Counted from the stretch's first letter, positions 9,007 to 19,354 are shown. The stretch: 64,000 nucleotides of DNA from Candidatus Sumerlaeia bacterium (GCA_033764015.1 JANRJK010000043.1:1-64000), one strand, 5' to 3'. Notes: generated from the letters alone by a model not told the origin. Numbers and translations: made by a program.

Positions 9007-9020
9007 AGACCCCCGACACG

Positions 9021-10532
9021 ATGGAAACCCGCCCCGGAAAGCCGAACGCCCTCCGCGCCACCGTGGCGCTCGCGGCATTGATCGCCCTCGCGGCGGGTGG
9101 CTTGACCCTTGCATCCCGGCTCCCCAAGTCGCCCCCCGTCGCGCAGGGCTCCGGCGCCGCGTCACCCTCCGTCGACGCGGGCCGCGCGCTCTACAACCGC
9201 TACTGCGTCGGCTGCCACGGTCCCCGCTTGGATGGCGGCACCGCCGGCAACCTGATGGCGCCGGAGCTGGTGCACGGCTCGGCGCGCGCCGAGATCCGTC
9301 GCAGCATCGCCGAGGGCTACCCCCAGAGCGCCATGCCCGGCTACGAAGGCGCGCTCACGGACCAGCAGATCGACGCCCTCGCCGACTTCATCCTGCACGC
9401 CCGCGGCGGAGGCGGCACCGGGGGGGCTGTCCCCAAGGCCGCCGAGCCATGGTCCGGGCGTTCTGACTCCGTGATCGACACACTCGACTACAGGATGCGC
9501 GTCGAACTCTGGGCCGAGGGGCTCGACGACCCGTGGGGGATCGCCTTCATCGACGCGGACCGCGCGTTGGTGACGGAGAAGCCCGGGCGCCTGCGGTTGC
9601 TCCAGCGCGGCGCCCCGATTGCCACGATCACCGGCACGCCCGAGGTGGTGGACGGCGGCCAGGGCGGACTGCTCGATGTCGCCGTCGATCCCGCCTTCGC
9701 CGAGAACGGCTGGGTGTACCTCTCCTACTCGCACCAGCGCGGGGATGAAGGCAGCATGACGCGCGTGGTCCGCGGCAAGATCGACGGCGGCCAGTGGGGG
9801 AGCACGCAGGTGCTCTTCGAGGCCCCCGCCGGCACCTACCGCCGGACCACCTACCACTTCGGCTCGCGCTTCGTGTTCGGCGACAACGACACGCTGTACT
9901 TCTCCATCGGCGACCGCGGTTCGCAGGACGAGGCGCAGCGCCTCGACACGCCGAACGGCAAGGTGCACCGCATCCACACGGACGGCCGCATCCCGGCGGA
10001 CAACCCCTTCGCCGGTCGCGCCGACGCGCTGCCATCGATTTTCAGTCTCGGCCACCGCAACCCGCAGGGGCTGGACCGCCACCCGGTCACCGGCGATCTC
10101 TGGGACTCCGAGCACGGGCCGAAGGGGGGCGACGAACTGAACGTCATGGAGTCCGGCCTGAACTACGGCTGGCCGGCGATCAGCTACGGCATCAACTACA
10201 ACGGCTCGATCCTCACGCGCGAGCGCGTCCGCCCCGGGCTCGAGCAGCCCGCGTGGTTCTGGCGCCCTTCGCTCGGCGTCTGCGGGATCGCCTTCTACAC
10301 CGGCGGCGAGTTCCCCTACTGGCAGAACCACCTGCTCGTCGCGAACCTCGCCGCGCAGGATCTGCGGCTGCTCCACATCGAAGAACGCCGCGTGCTCCAC
10401 GAGGAGGTCATCCTCACGGGCTACGGACGCGTCCGCGACGTCTCGAACGGGCCGGACGGCGCGATCTATGTGCTGTTGAACAACCCGGGCAGGATACTGC
10501 GCCTCTCGTCGGGTGGCGAAGCGCTGCGGTAG
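9021..10532 (+). CDS. Cytochrome c / PQQ-dependent aldose sugar dehydrogenase (GSDH, YliI-like) fusion
   Basis: N-terminal TM/signal, CVGCH heme motif with MP axial Met, then GQGGLLDV, HFGSR, GHRNPQGL, EHGP.GGDELN, NYGWP and R.RD motifs. Confidence 0.9.
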   Translation: METRPGKPNALRATVALAALIALAAGGLTLASRLPKSPPVAQGSGAASPSVDAGRALYNRYCVGCHGPRLDGGTAGNLMAPELVHGSARAEIRRSIAEGYPQSAMPGYEGALTDQQIDALADFILHARGGGGTGGAVPKAAEPWSGRSDSVIDTLDYRMRVELWAEGLDDPWGIAFIDADRALVTEKPGRLRLLQRGAPIATITGTPEVVDGGQGGLLDVAVDPAFAENGWVYLSYSHQRGDEGSMTRVVRGKIDGGQWGSTQVLFEAPAGTYRRTTYHFGSRFVFGDNDTLYFSIGDRGSQDEAQRLDTPNGKVHRIHTDGRIPADNPFAGRADALPSIFSLGHRNPQGLDRHPVTGDLWDSEHGPKGGDELNVMESGLNYGWPAISYGINYNGSILTRERVRPGLEQPAWFWRPSLGVCGIAFYTGGEFPYWQNHLLVANLAAQDLRLLHIEERRVLHEEVILTGYGRVRDVSNGPDGAIYVLLNNPGRILRLSSGGEALR

Positions 10533-10544
10533 CGGGGTGGCGCC

Positions 10545-12617
10545 TTAGTCGTACGTCTTGCGCGTCACCACGGGCATCACGCGCCGCGTCTCGACCTGGT
10601 CCGAGCTAGTCGCCTCGACGGGGAACTCGATCGTGCCGTCGGGAAGCGTCATGCGGAGGCGGAAGCGGCCGTCCGGCGTGAGCGTGACGGGCCGCCCCAT
10701 CAGTGTCACATAGGCGTCGGGCTCGGTGCGCCCGTACACGATGACGTCCACTCCGACCTCGAGCCAGAAGTTGCGGCCCCGGTCGCCGCCGACGCGGGTG
10801 AGGATCGGCTGGTCGCCACCGAACATCGGCAGGCCGGAGTCGGGCGGCGGAAACTGGTTGCTCGGCAGCGGGAAGAGCGAGCCGCCGGAGCCCGCGAAGT
10901 CCGCTCCGCCGGGGGAGCTGGGCGCCGAGAAGAGCCGCTGCTGCAGGATCCGCACGAAGTCCGCGCTGCTCGGGTTCGCGAGCAGCGGACCACCCGAGAG
11001 GAGCAGGATCTGGTTGTAGATCTCCGCCATCTCCTGCGGCGACTTGTCCTCGTATTCGTTGTCGAAGCCGCCCTGCACGACTTCGCTCAGCGTGGAGCGC
11101 GGCACTTCCACGGGCTCGCTGCGCGCGATCAGGACAAAGTCCCCGGTCTCGCCGTAGCAGCCCAGTTCGACGATGTAGGCGACTCCCTCGCGCGGCACGC
11201 GGACGTACCAGCTATCCACCCGGTCGTTCACCGGGACGAGCGAGTAGCGCGACTCGTCCAGCGGGTCCGACTGCGCGAGGTTGATGAGGCGGAGGACCAG
11301 CGGGCGGTTGTGCTCGCCTTTCGGAAGGCCCACCTCCGCGCGCTTCTCCGCCGAAATCTCCCAGTACACGAACAGGAACTCGGGGTCGCGCGCCATGGCG
11401 GTCACCGAGGTCTCCTCGTAGCTGGCGGGGATCGGGGCCAGCGGCGGCGGCGGCGGCGGAGCGACCTCCGCGGGCGCCGGAATCGGTTCGCGCGGCTTGG
11501 CGACCACCGCGGCGGCGGGCCGGGGCGCGGGCGCCGGCTCCTGCGCGGCGGGCTTCAGCGGCGGGGCCACCGACGCCGGGGCGGGACGCGAGTCGTCGAC
11601 GGCGGGCGTGAAGGCGGGGGGCAGCTCGGGGCCCGCCTCAAGCACGGGGCGCGCGTTCCAAGGCCCTTCCGGCGGAAGCTGCAACTCGATCAACTCGGGC
11701 TTCGGGCCGCCGAACTGCGCCGGCGGGAGGTCCCAACGCATCTGGCGCTCGGGGGCGCGCTTGGCAGCGATGGAGCGGATCGTGGAGGAACCGGTCCGGC
11801 GCGCGGCGATCGACACCGGCGGCGGCACGATGATTCGTGGCTCGCCCGCGTTCTTGTCCGGCGCGTTCTTACGGCTCGGGCGCTTCTGCTCGGGCTCCTC
11901 CGCGGGAGGGGCCGCGACCGGAGGCGGAGCGGCGGCCTTGCGCGGTGGCGGAAGCGGCGCCTTCGCCGGCGCCGGAGGGGGAGCGGGAGCGCGCTTGGCG
12001 ACTGGCGGCGCAACCGGCTCCGCGACGGGAGCGGCCGGGGCGCTGGCCTCTGTGGCCGTCACCGCGGACGGGGCCGCGGCGGGCGCCGAGGACACTTTGC
12101 CGTCGGTGTCGGATTTCAGGCTCGGCTTCGCGGGCGCCTCGGCGGCCGCGGGCTTCGCGGTGTCCGATTTCTTGTTGGCTGCCTTCGGCGCCGGAGCCGG
12201 GGACTCCGCTTTCGCCGCAGCGGGTGCGGCAACCTTGGCGCCCTTCTTCGGGGCCGCTTCCACGGGCGCCGCGGGCTCGGGCTTGGTCTCGACGGGTGCG
12301 GCGGCGGCCTTCGTGGTACTCTTCTTCGCGGCCGCCGACTTCTTGGCTGCGGGCTTGGAGGCGGCGGACGCCTTGCCTTCCGCCTTCTCCGTCTTCACCG
12401 GCGCGGTGCTCGACGCGGGCTTCTTCGCAGCCGACTTCTTCGGGGCTGCGGGCTTGCCTGCGGGGGCGGATGCGGACTTCGGGGCCTTCGCGGCGGGCGC
12501 GGACTTGGGCGTCGCCTTGGCGGCGGCGGTGGCTTTCGGAGTCGGGGCGGCGCCGCCGGTCGCCTCGACCGACGCACCCTTCGCCTTCTCCGCCTTTTCG
12601 CCCTTGCGCGTCGCCAT
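10545..12617 (-). CDS. DUF4912-domain protein with long Lys/Ala/Pro-rich N-terminus
   Basis: P.SY.ET....MARDPEFLFVYWEI and C-terminal FWLEV..DVIVYG.TEPDA.VT..G..V.L.PDG.F match the DUF4912 family as I recall it; ~400 aa low-complexity N-region. Confidence 0.8.
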   Translation of the reverse strand: MATRKGEKAEKAKGASVEATGGAAPTPKATAAAKATPKSAPAAKAPKSASAPAGKPAAPKKSAAKKPASSTAPVKTEKAEGKASAASKPAAKKSAAAKKSTTKAAAAPVETKPEPAAPVEAAPKKGAKVAAPAAAKAESPAPAPKAANKKSDTAKPAAAEAPAKPSLKSDTDGKVSSAPAAAPSAVTATEASAPAAPVAEPVAPPVAKRAPAPPPAPAKAPLPPPRKAAAPPPVAAPPAEEPEQKRPSRKNAPDKNAGEPRIIVPPPVSIAARRTGSSTIRSIAAKRAPERQMRWDLPPAQFGGPKPELIELQLPPEGPWNARPVLEAGPELPPAFTPAVDDSRPAPASVAPPLKPAAQEPAPAPRPAAAVVAKPREPIPAPAEVAPPPPPPLAPIPASYEETSVTAMARDPEFLFVYWEISAEKRAEVGLPKGEHNRPLVLRLINLAQSDPLDESRYSLVPVNDRVDSWYVRVPREGVAYIVELGCYGETGDFVLIARSEPVEVPRSTLSEVVQGGFDNEYEDKSPQEMAEIYNQILLLSGGPLLANPSSADFVRILQQRLFSAPSSPGGADFAGSGGSLFPLPSNQFPPPDSGLPMFGGDQPILTRVGGDRGRNFWLEVGVDVIVYGRTEPDAYVTLMGRPVTLTPDGRFRLRMTLPDGTIEFPVEATSSDQVETRRVMPVVTRKTYD

Positions 12618-12825
12618 GAATCCTCGACCCCTTCGTTCAAAACCTTAGCCGGCGCCCGACCTGGCAACCAGCCTTGCCCGGGTAGCCGTCCGACTGCGTG
12701 GCCGTCCACCGGTCCGCCAGATTGCGCCGGGTTGCGAGGCTAACGGACATCGACCGTGCCACAAGCCCAAAGCCGCCCGACTAAGCCCTTGTGAACCAAT
12801 AAAGCGCAAAATCCTACCTTAATTA

Positions 12826-12862
12826 CGGGTCGAAACAGCCAAAATTGGACTATTTCGACCCG
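12826..12862 (-). terminator. Inverted repeat, possible terminator after the PpiD-like gene
   Basis: CGGGTCGAAA...TTTCGACCCG perfect 10-bp stem ~11 nt after the stop; AT-rich sequence follows on the minus strand. Confidence 0.5.
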
Positions 12863-12873
12863 GTCCTGCTCCC

Positions 12874-14916
12874 TCACTCCTCTGGTGGTCGCACGAAGGA
12901 CTCGTCGATCGACGCCTTCAGCGTGGTCCGCGAGTCGCGGTAAAAGTCTTCCACCGCCCCCTGCTGCTTGAAAGCGAGCATCCGGGATTCGATGGTCGCA
13001 AGCGCCTCCACGAAGCTCTCGCGGCTGGGCTCTTCGACGCTGGTGAACTGGACGAGCGCGACCGCCGTGGTGCCGCCGCCTTGCGGGGCGACCTCGAACA
13101 CGCGGTAGTCGCCGGACTTCACGCCGATCGACGCGTTGCCGAAGTTCAGCAGCGCCGCGATCGGCTCCGGCGGCGTCGCCCGGGTGAACGGCTCCGCGAT
13201 CTCCTCCGCCGTCTTCCCGTTCTCGAGCGCCCACGTGGTCAGGCGGTCCTCCGCGCTAAGTGTCGCGCGGAGTTCTTCCGCCGCCGCCTTCGCGGCCGCG
13301 ACGGTCTTCGCCCGCCGGGCGTTCGACTCGAGCAGCGGACGCGCCTCCTCGAGCGTCTGCAGGCGCTCCGCCTCGCGGGACACCAGCTTCATCACCACCA
13401 CGTCGCCCGCGGCATTCGCCATCGGTCGCGAAAGCTCGTTCTTGAGGAGCGCCTCGAAGAGCGCCTCGCTCTTCGTCACATCGCCGATACCGAGGATGAA
13501 TCCGGAGCCGACCGGGACCGGATCCGTGGTGGCGGGCTCGACACCGAATTCGCTGCCGAGGCCGGCGAGCGTGGATTGGGTCGCCTGCGCCTCGCGGACG
13601 CGCTTCAGCAGTTCCGCGATGGAGCGCTCCCGCGCGGCCTTCGCGGCGGCGGAGCGTTCCTCGCGCAGCTTGCCCAGCAACTCGTCGCGGACGAACTCGA
13701 ACGGCTTGCGGAGCGATTCGCCGCGGTCCTCGACGCGCGCCACCACGAAGCCCTGGGGAGTCTCCATGACCGGGGACAGCGTGCCGGGCGCCGCGTCGCG
13801 CGCGAAGGACACGTACTCGGCCCCCCACGCGAGCGTCTCCTCGCCGGAGAACGGGCGCTTCAGCAGGCCGCCCAGGAGCGTCGGCGACGTGTCCGAATCG
13901 ATGTAGACCTGATTGCGCAAGTCGTCGGACATCTCGTTCGCCAGTGCGGCGAAGTCGGCGCCCGCGACGAGTTCGGCGCGCGCCTCTTCCGCGCGGAGCC
14001 GCGCGGCATCCAGCTCCGGGGTGCCCTCGTAAACCGCCGGGTCGATCCCCACTAGCACATGCCGGACAAGGGTGCCGGAGCCGAAGGGATAGGCCGCGGG
14101 GTCGGCGGCGTCGTAGGCGGCGCGCACCTCCTCCTCCGAGGGGTCCGCGAGGATCGGCAGGGGCGGGCCCGGCACGACGATGTACTCGTAGACCCGGCGC
14201 TCCGTCCGCCGAAGCGCCGACGGTGCGTTGACGCGGGTTTCATCGTACTCGCGCGCGATGTCCTCCTCGGCCACTTCGACGCCCGCCTCGTAATCGGCGA
14301 GGGGGAAGCGGAGGACCTGCGCCGTCATGCGCTCCTCGAAGAGCACGTAGTCGGTCCACATCTCGTAAAGGGAGAGGCGGGCCGAGGCGGCGATGGATTC
14401 GACCGCGCGCTGCCGGGTGAGGTTCGTGACCGTCTGCATGAGGTACTGGTGTTCGGAGAGGCGGTTGCGCTCGAGCATCTGCTGCAGCTCGGCCCGTGTC
14501 ATGCCGCTATCCGCGATAGCCCGCGCGGCCTGCGCCTGCGAGACGACGATCTGCGCCTCCTCGAGGCGCCAGTCCTTCGCTGCGACCGCGACCGCGTGCC
14601 GGGCGATCTCCTCGTTGGTGATCTGCCCGTCGAGCTGCTGGCCGAGCTGCGGCGGGGCTGACCCGGCCAGCGTCTGGTAGAGGTTCATGTAGTAACGCAG
14701 CAGGTCGTCCTTGGCGGACACGAGGTCCTGCCGCGTCATTTCGCGGACCTCGCCGTTCGGCAGCGTGACCGTCACCATGGTGCGGTCGTTCGAGACGGGA
14801 CCGGAGGAGCTGGAGTTGCCGAAACCGTAGAACAGCACGAGCGACGGCAGCATCAGCACCAACGCGATCGCGAGCACGATCTTGAGCTTTTCGCCGCGGA
14901 GCGCCTGAATGATCAT
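12874..14916 (-). CDS. PpiD/SurA-like membrane-anchored periplasmic chaperone / parvulin PPIase
   Basis: MIIQALR + one TM helix, SurA-like N-domain, rotamase motifs VRHVLV, GADFAALA.EMSDD, GG.L and LSPVMETPQGF. Upstream part of ORF 12874..17061 is a shadow of the + strand TPR gene. Confidence 0.82.
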   Translation of the reverse strand: MIIQALRGEKLKIVLAIALVLMLPSLVLFYGFGNSSSSGPVSNDRTMVTVTLPNGEVREMTRQDLVSAKDDLLRYYMNLYQTLAGSAPPQLGQQLDGQITNEEIARHAVAVAAKDWRLEEAQIVVSQAQAARAIADSGMTRAELQQMLERNRLSEHQYLMQTVTNLTRQRAVESIAASARLSLYEMWTDYVLFEERMTAQVLRFPLADYEAGVEVAEEDIAREYDETRVNAPSALRRTERRVYEYIVVPGPPLPILADPSEEEVRAAYDAADPAAYPFGSGTLVRHVLVGIDPAVYEGTPELDAARLRAEEARAELVAGADFAALANEMSDDLRNQVYIDSDTSPTLLGGLLKRPFSGEETLAWGAEYVSFARDAAPGTLSPVMETPQGFVVARVEDRGESLRKPFEFVRDELLGKLREERSAAAKAARERSIAELLKRVREAQATQSTLAGLGSEFGVEPATTDPVPVGSGFILGIGDVTKSEALFEALLKNELSRPMANAAGDVVVMKLVSREAERLQTLEEARPLLESNARRAKTVAAAKAAAEELRATLSAEDRLTTWALENGKTAEEIAEPFTRATPPEPIAALLNFGNASIGVKSGDYRVFEVAPQGGGTTAVALVQFTSVEEPSRESFVEALATIESRMLAFKQQGAVEDFYRDSRTTLKASIDESFVRPPEE

Positions 14917-15144
14917 CTTTGGAGGGGACCTCGGTTCGGGGGTGGGGCCTCTGGGACCCCACTGTGGATGAAGCGAAGCATTCCCGCGCCTCCCGCCGTG
15001 GCATGTCAAGCGCGGGCGCTTGTACCCCCTCCGCCGCGGACGCCGCGCTCCACCGGGGCGGGGCCGCCTAGCCAGCCGCCGCCGGAACAAATGTTGCCCC
15101 GCGATCCGGGCGCGCCGATGGCTTCCGGCTGGGCTGGACTCACC

Positions 15145-17634
15145 ATGGGCGATCCGCAGGAACAACCCGGAACCACCACGAACTCCGCCGCGGCGATGGG
15201 CTGCGGCGTGGTGATGATGGCGCTCGTCGGAGTCGGCGCCTTCACCTGGATGCAATTCCGCGTCGATTCGCGCGAAGCCGCCGCGCTGCGCCGCGAGGAG
15301 GCCGAGCGCGGCGACCGCGGCGCCTGGGAGGAGCGCACGCGCGACGCCCGCGCCTCCACGGCGCGAGACCTGATGGACTTCGTCCGGGAGGAGCAGAATC
15401 TCGCCCGCGAGGCCGCGGAGCTGTTCCCCGCTCCCCGCACGCTCGATACCGACTACACGGCCCCCGCATCGAGGACCCCGCGCGCCGACTCCCTCCTCCG
15501 GCGCCGCGACGAATTGGCCCGCCGACGCGCCGAACTCGCCGCGCAGTCCTCCGCGCCGCTCGACCGCGAACCGCCGGAACTCGCCTTCTCCTCGCTGTTC
15601 GACCGGCTCCAGCGGGCCCGCACGAGGCGCGAGCTGCTCGATCTCCACGGCGCGTTCGACGAATCGGCCCCCGCCTACGCGGACCGGCCGGAGCCCCTTA
15701 TCGGCATGGGAGTCGCCGCCGCCCGCGCCGGCTTCCTCACCTCCGCGACGCTCCATCTCGAGCGCGCGGCGGAACGCGCCGCGGAGCAAGGCGGCGAGCG
15801 CTCGCCCGGGTACCGCGCCGCGGTGCGGCTCCTCGCCGACGCGCTCCGCCGCATGCCGGAACGCGCCGCCGACGGCGCCGCCATCCGCGAGCGGTTCCTC
15901 GCCATCGAACGCGACATCCAGCTCGAGGAGCTGAACGAGACCGCCACCCTCGCGACCGAGATGGGCGACGCCCGCGCCGGCCTGGCGTGGACCTCGGCGA
16001 CGCTGCTGCTCGGCGACTCGAACCCCGCGCTGCCGGAGTCGCTCGGCCTCGGCGCGGCGGAACTGCTCGGGCGCCAGCTCCTCGACCTCGGACGGTTCCA
16101 GCAGGCGCAGCCCTACATCGAGCGAGCGCTCCGCGGACGCGCGGCCCTCGAGGGCGAGGCCTCGCCGGGAGTCGCCGACCTGCGGCGCACCGCCGCCCAG
16201 TTGTACCGCCGGACCATGCGGTTCGACGAGGCGCAGCGCCAGCTCGAGCAGGGCCTCGCGGCCTTGGAGGGATCCCTCGGCGCCGGCCACCCGGCGGCCA
16301 CCCCGCTGCTGAAGGACCTCGCCGAGCTGCAGGTCGCCCGCGGATTCCCCAGCGAGGCGCTTCCCCACCTGCAGGCGGCCCACGCGATCCTGAAGGACAC
16401 GCTCGGCGCGGACCACCCGGACACGCTCGCCGCCGCGCTGGAGCTCGCGCGCCTGTCGGAGCGGCTCGGCGAACTCGACACCGCCCGAGCCCGCTACCAG
16501 GAGATCCTCGCGGCGCAGGAGGCCGCCTACGGCCCCGGCCACCCCGATGTGGCGGAATCGCTCGCAAAGCTCTCCTCGCTGGCCCGCGCCGCCGGAGACC
16601 GCGAGGAAGCCGTCGAGCTGCTCCGCCGCCGCGAGCGCTCCCGCGCGGCGGCGCTCGGCGATGATTCGCCGCTGCTCGCCGAGGACCGCGCCGCCATCGC
16701 GCGAGCCCTCTTCGAAGCGGGGCGGGCGGGCGAGGCGGAGCCGCTCGCCCGCGCGGCGCTCGCCACGCAGGAGCGGGCCCTCGGTCTGGACCACCCGAGC
16801 GTCGCGGAGACGCTCCGCCTTCTCGCGAGCGCCACGATCGTCTCCGGCGGTCCCGACGCACGCGCACTCGCCCTGCGCTCCTACCAGGCGAGGCTCCGCG
16901 CCGGGGGCCCGGACCGGCATGAACTCTCCGTCGATCTCTTCAACCTCGGGCTGGTCGCCTCGAACGAGGGGCTTCACGGCGAGGCGACGGTGTACTTCCG
17001 CCGCTCCCTCGAACTGCTGTCGAAGCACCTCGGCCCCGACGCGCCCGCGCTCGGCGAGCACGTCGTCGAACTGCAGGACTCGCTTTCGCGCACCATGGCC
17101 ACGGACGCCGCGCGCCGCGACGTGCTGCGCCTCGGCGACTGGCTCCAGCGCCGCGCCCGCGAGGCCGCGGTGCCCGCCACGCAGCGCACGCTCGCCGACG
17201 GCGAGGGCGGCGTCCTGCGCCAGATGACGGAGGCGGTGGCCAACATGACCCCTCCGCGGACGCAGCTCGTGCGCAAGCTCCTGCGCCGCGGCGTGGTCCT
17301 CGCCGAGCTCGCCGAGATGCCTTCCGACGATCCATTCCGGCGCGAATTCCTGGCGCCGATGCTCGAGCAGTACGGGATGAACGAGGAGGCGGAAACGCTG
17401 GCCCGCGACACCGCCGCCACGCGCCGGGAAGTGTACCCGACGCGAGACGCGTCCGCCCCCTACGACGTCGTCAGCAGCACGCTGGACCGCATCGGCGGGC
17501 GCGTCGACTGGCCGGCGGAGGTGCCTTCCGTGCGCAACTGGAGCCTCGACGGGCTCGAACTCCGCGGGCGCGACCTGCAGGAGCAGGTGGACGCGATGAT
17601 CGAGCGGGCCAGGGAAACGCCCCCGGGGCCGTAG
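15145..17634 (+). CDS. Membrane-anchored tetratricopeptide repeat protein (kinesin-light-chain-type 42-aa TPRs)
   Basis: Repeated LG.DHP.....L..LA units; one hydrophobic helix near the N-terminus. Start uncertain (14968, 15091, 15118 or 15145). Confidence 0.78.
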   Translation: MGDPQEQPGTTTNSAAAMGCGVVMMALVGVGAFTWMQFRVDSREAAALRREEAERGDRGAWEERTRDARASTARDLMDFVREEQNLAREAAELFPAPRTLDTDYTAPASRTPRADSLLRRRDELARRRAELAAQSSAPLDREPPELAFSSLFDRLQRARTRRELLDLHGAFDESAPAYADRPEPLIGMGVAAARAGFLTSATLHLERAAERAAEQGGERSPGYRAAVRLLADALRRMPERAADGAAIRERFLAIERDIQLEELNETATLATEMGDARAGLAWTSATLLLGDSNPALPESLGLGAAELLGRQLLDLGRFQQAQPYIERALRGRAALEGEASPGVADLRRTAAQLYRRTMRFDEAQRQLEQGLAALEGSLGAGHPAATPLLKDLAELQVARGFPSEALPHLQAAHAILKDTLGADHPDTLAAALELARLSERLGELDTARARYQEILAAQEAAYGPGHPDVAESLAKLSSLARAAGDREEAVELLRRRERSRAAALGDDSPLLAEDRAAIARALFEAGRAGEAEPLARAALATQERALGLDHPSVAETLRLLASATIVSGGPDARALALRSYQARLRAGGPDRHELSVDLFNLGLVASNEGLHGEATVYFRRSLELLSKHLGPDAPALGEHVVELQDSLSRTMATDAARRDVLRLGDWLQRRAREAAVPATQRTLADGEGGVLRQMTEAVANMTPPRTQLVRKLLRRGVVLAELAEMPSDDPFRREFLAPMLEQYGMNEEAETLARDTAATRREVYPTRDASAPYDVVSSTLDRIGGRVDWPAEVPSVRNWSLDGLELRGRDLQEQVDAMIERARETPPGP

Positions 17635-17635
17635 C

Positions 17636-17992
17636 CTAGTCGTCCGCGCCCGGCTTGCGGCGCGCGGACTTGATCGAGGCGCGCCGGCGCTTCGCGTCCA
17701 GGATCCGCAGCTTCACGCTTCGCGGCACACGGGTTTCGAAGCGCTCCTTCGGAACGTGGGCCAGCACCGCCAGCCGGTGGCGCAGCACGCGGAGCGCCTC
17801 CGCCTTGTTCCGGGTCTGGCTCCGCTCGCGCTGCATATTCACCACGAGGCCGGTCGGCGTGTGCCGCAGCCGGACCGCGCTGTCGGTCTTGTTCACCTTC
17901 TGGCCGCCGGGGCCCGAGGCGCGATGCGTCTCCACTTCGCACTGCGCGAGCAGCGTGTCGTCCGGGAGCAGGTGGTAGCCGGGCGCCTCCAT
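17636..17992 (-). CDS. Short class I release-factor-like protein (ArfB/YaeJ-like peptidyl-tRNA hydrolase)
   Basis: [29 protein letters not shown] and a basic C-terminal tail [12 protein letters not shown]; lacks codon-recognition domains. Confidence 0.85.
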   Translation of the reverse strand: MEAPGYHLLPDDTLLAQCEVETHRASGPGGQKVNKTDSAVRLRHTPTGLVVNMQRERSQTRNKAEALRVLRHRLAVLAHVPKERFETRVPRSVKLRILDAKRRRASIKSARRKPGADD

Positions 17993-18005
17993 GGTTGCCG
18001 CGTCG

Positions 18006-19229
18006 TCAGATCTGGAGCAGCAGGCGCTCCGGATCCTCGAGGCACTCCTTCACGCGGACCAGGAAGGTGACCGCCTCCTTGCCGTCCAGGAGGCGGTGGT
18101 CGTAGCTGAGGGCGAGGTACATCATCGGGCGCGCGACGATCTGCTTCGTGGCGGGATCGACCACGGGGCGCTCCTGGATCTTGTGCATGCCGAGGATCGC
18201 GGTCTGCGGCGGGTTCAGGATCGGCGTCGACAGCAGGCTTCCGTACACGCCGCCGTTGGTGATCGTGAAGGTGCCGCCTTGGAGGTCGCTAAGCTGCAGC
18301 GAGCCGTCCCGGGCGCGCTTCGCAAGGGCGCCGATGCCCTGCTCGACCTGCGCGAACGAAAGCTTGTCGCTGTCCCGCAGCACCGGAACCACCAGCCCGC
18401 GGTCGGTGCCGACGGCGACGCCGCAATCGACGTAGTTGTGGTACACGATCTCGTCGCCCTGGAGCTGGGCGTTGGCGCGCGGGATCTCCTGCAGCGCCTG
18501 CACGCACGCCTTGACGAAGAAGCTCATGAAGCCGAGGCCGACGCCGTGGCGCTTCTCGAAGGACTCCTTGTACGCCTTGCGCATCGCCATCACGCGGCTC
18601 ATGTCGGCCTCGTTGAAGGTCGTCAGCATGGCGGCGTTGTGCTGCGCCTCGACCAGGCGCGCGGCGATGGTCTTGCGGAGCTGCGTCACGCGCTCGCGGC
18701 GCGTCGAGCGGTCCGCTCCGTACGCCTGCGGCGTCGCGGGGGCGGGGGGCGCGGCCTTGGCGGCGGGCGCCGGAGCGGGCGCCGGGGCGGGCTTCGCCGC
18801 GGCCAGCACGTCGTTCCCCTTGATCCGCACGCCGTCGCCGGCCTTCACCGCCGCGGGATCGACGCCCAGCTCCTGCATCATCTTCTTCGCCACCGGCGAG
18901 GCCTTTGCGGACTTCCCGGAGTCGGCCGCGGCGCCGACCGCGGCGGGCTCCGCCTGCGCCGCGGAAGCGCCGGAACCGTTCGCCGGCGCGGCCGCCGAGG
19001 TGTCGAGGTGCCCCACGATCGAGTTCACCCGCACCGTCTCACCCTCCGCCACCGAGTGCGCCACCACGCCGGATTCCGCGGCGGGCACCTCCGTGTTGGT
19101 CTTGTCCGTTTCGAGCTCGAAGAGGGACTCGCCCTTCTTCACATAGCCGCCATCCGCGACAAGCCAGCGTCCGAGGACGCCCTCGGTGATGGACTCGCCG
19201 ACGCTGGGAACAACGATATCGACCTTCAT
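18006..19229 (-). CDS. sucB: 2-oxoglutarate dehydrogenase E2 dihydrolipoyllysine succinyltransferase
   Basis: Lipoyl domain ELETDK, ASPVA E3-binding region, [18 protein letters not shown] and [10 protein letters not shown]. Start MKVDIVVP at 19229. Confidence 0.96.
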   Translation of the reverse strand: MKVDIVVPSVGESITEGVLGRWLVADGGYVKKGESLFELETDKTNTEVPAAESGVVAHSVAEGETVRVNSIVGHLDTSAAAPANGSGASAAQAEPAAVGAAADSGKSAKASPVAKKMMQELGVDPAAVKAGDGVRIKGNDVLAAAKPAPAPAPAPAAKAAPPAPATPQAYGADRSTRRERVTQLRKTIAARLVEAQHNAAMLTTFNEADMSRVMAMRKAYKESFEKRHGVGLGFMSFFVKACVQALQEIPRANAQLQGDEIVYHNYVDCGVAVGTDRGLVVPVLRDSDKLSFAQVEQGIGALAKRARDGSLQLSDLQGGTFTITNGGVYGSLLSTPILNPPQTAILGMHKIQERPVVDPATKQIVARPMMYLALSYDHRLLDGKEAVTFLVRVKECLEDPERLLLQI

Positions 19230-19354
19230 GGGTGCCTGTGCCGTGTGGGTTCCGTTTGGTGGCCGCGGTGCGCGGCGGTTCATCTTTCGCATGCGAATTC
19301 CCCGGGGGCGCAAGCCGCTTGCTTGGCCCGCCGGGGAAGGATGCCGGGCCTTCG

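Noticed and set aside
14917..17061. 1395-aa ORF suggesting a giant PpiD fusion
   Set aside because: The first 715 aa are the antisense shadow of the TPR gene; the real gene starts at 14916.
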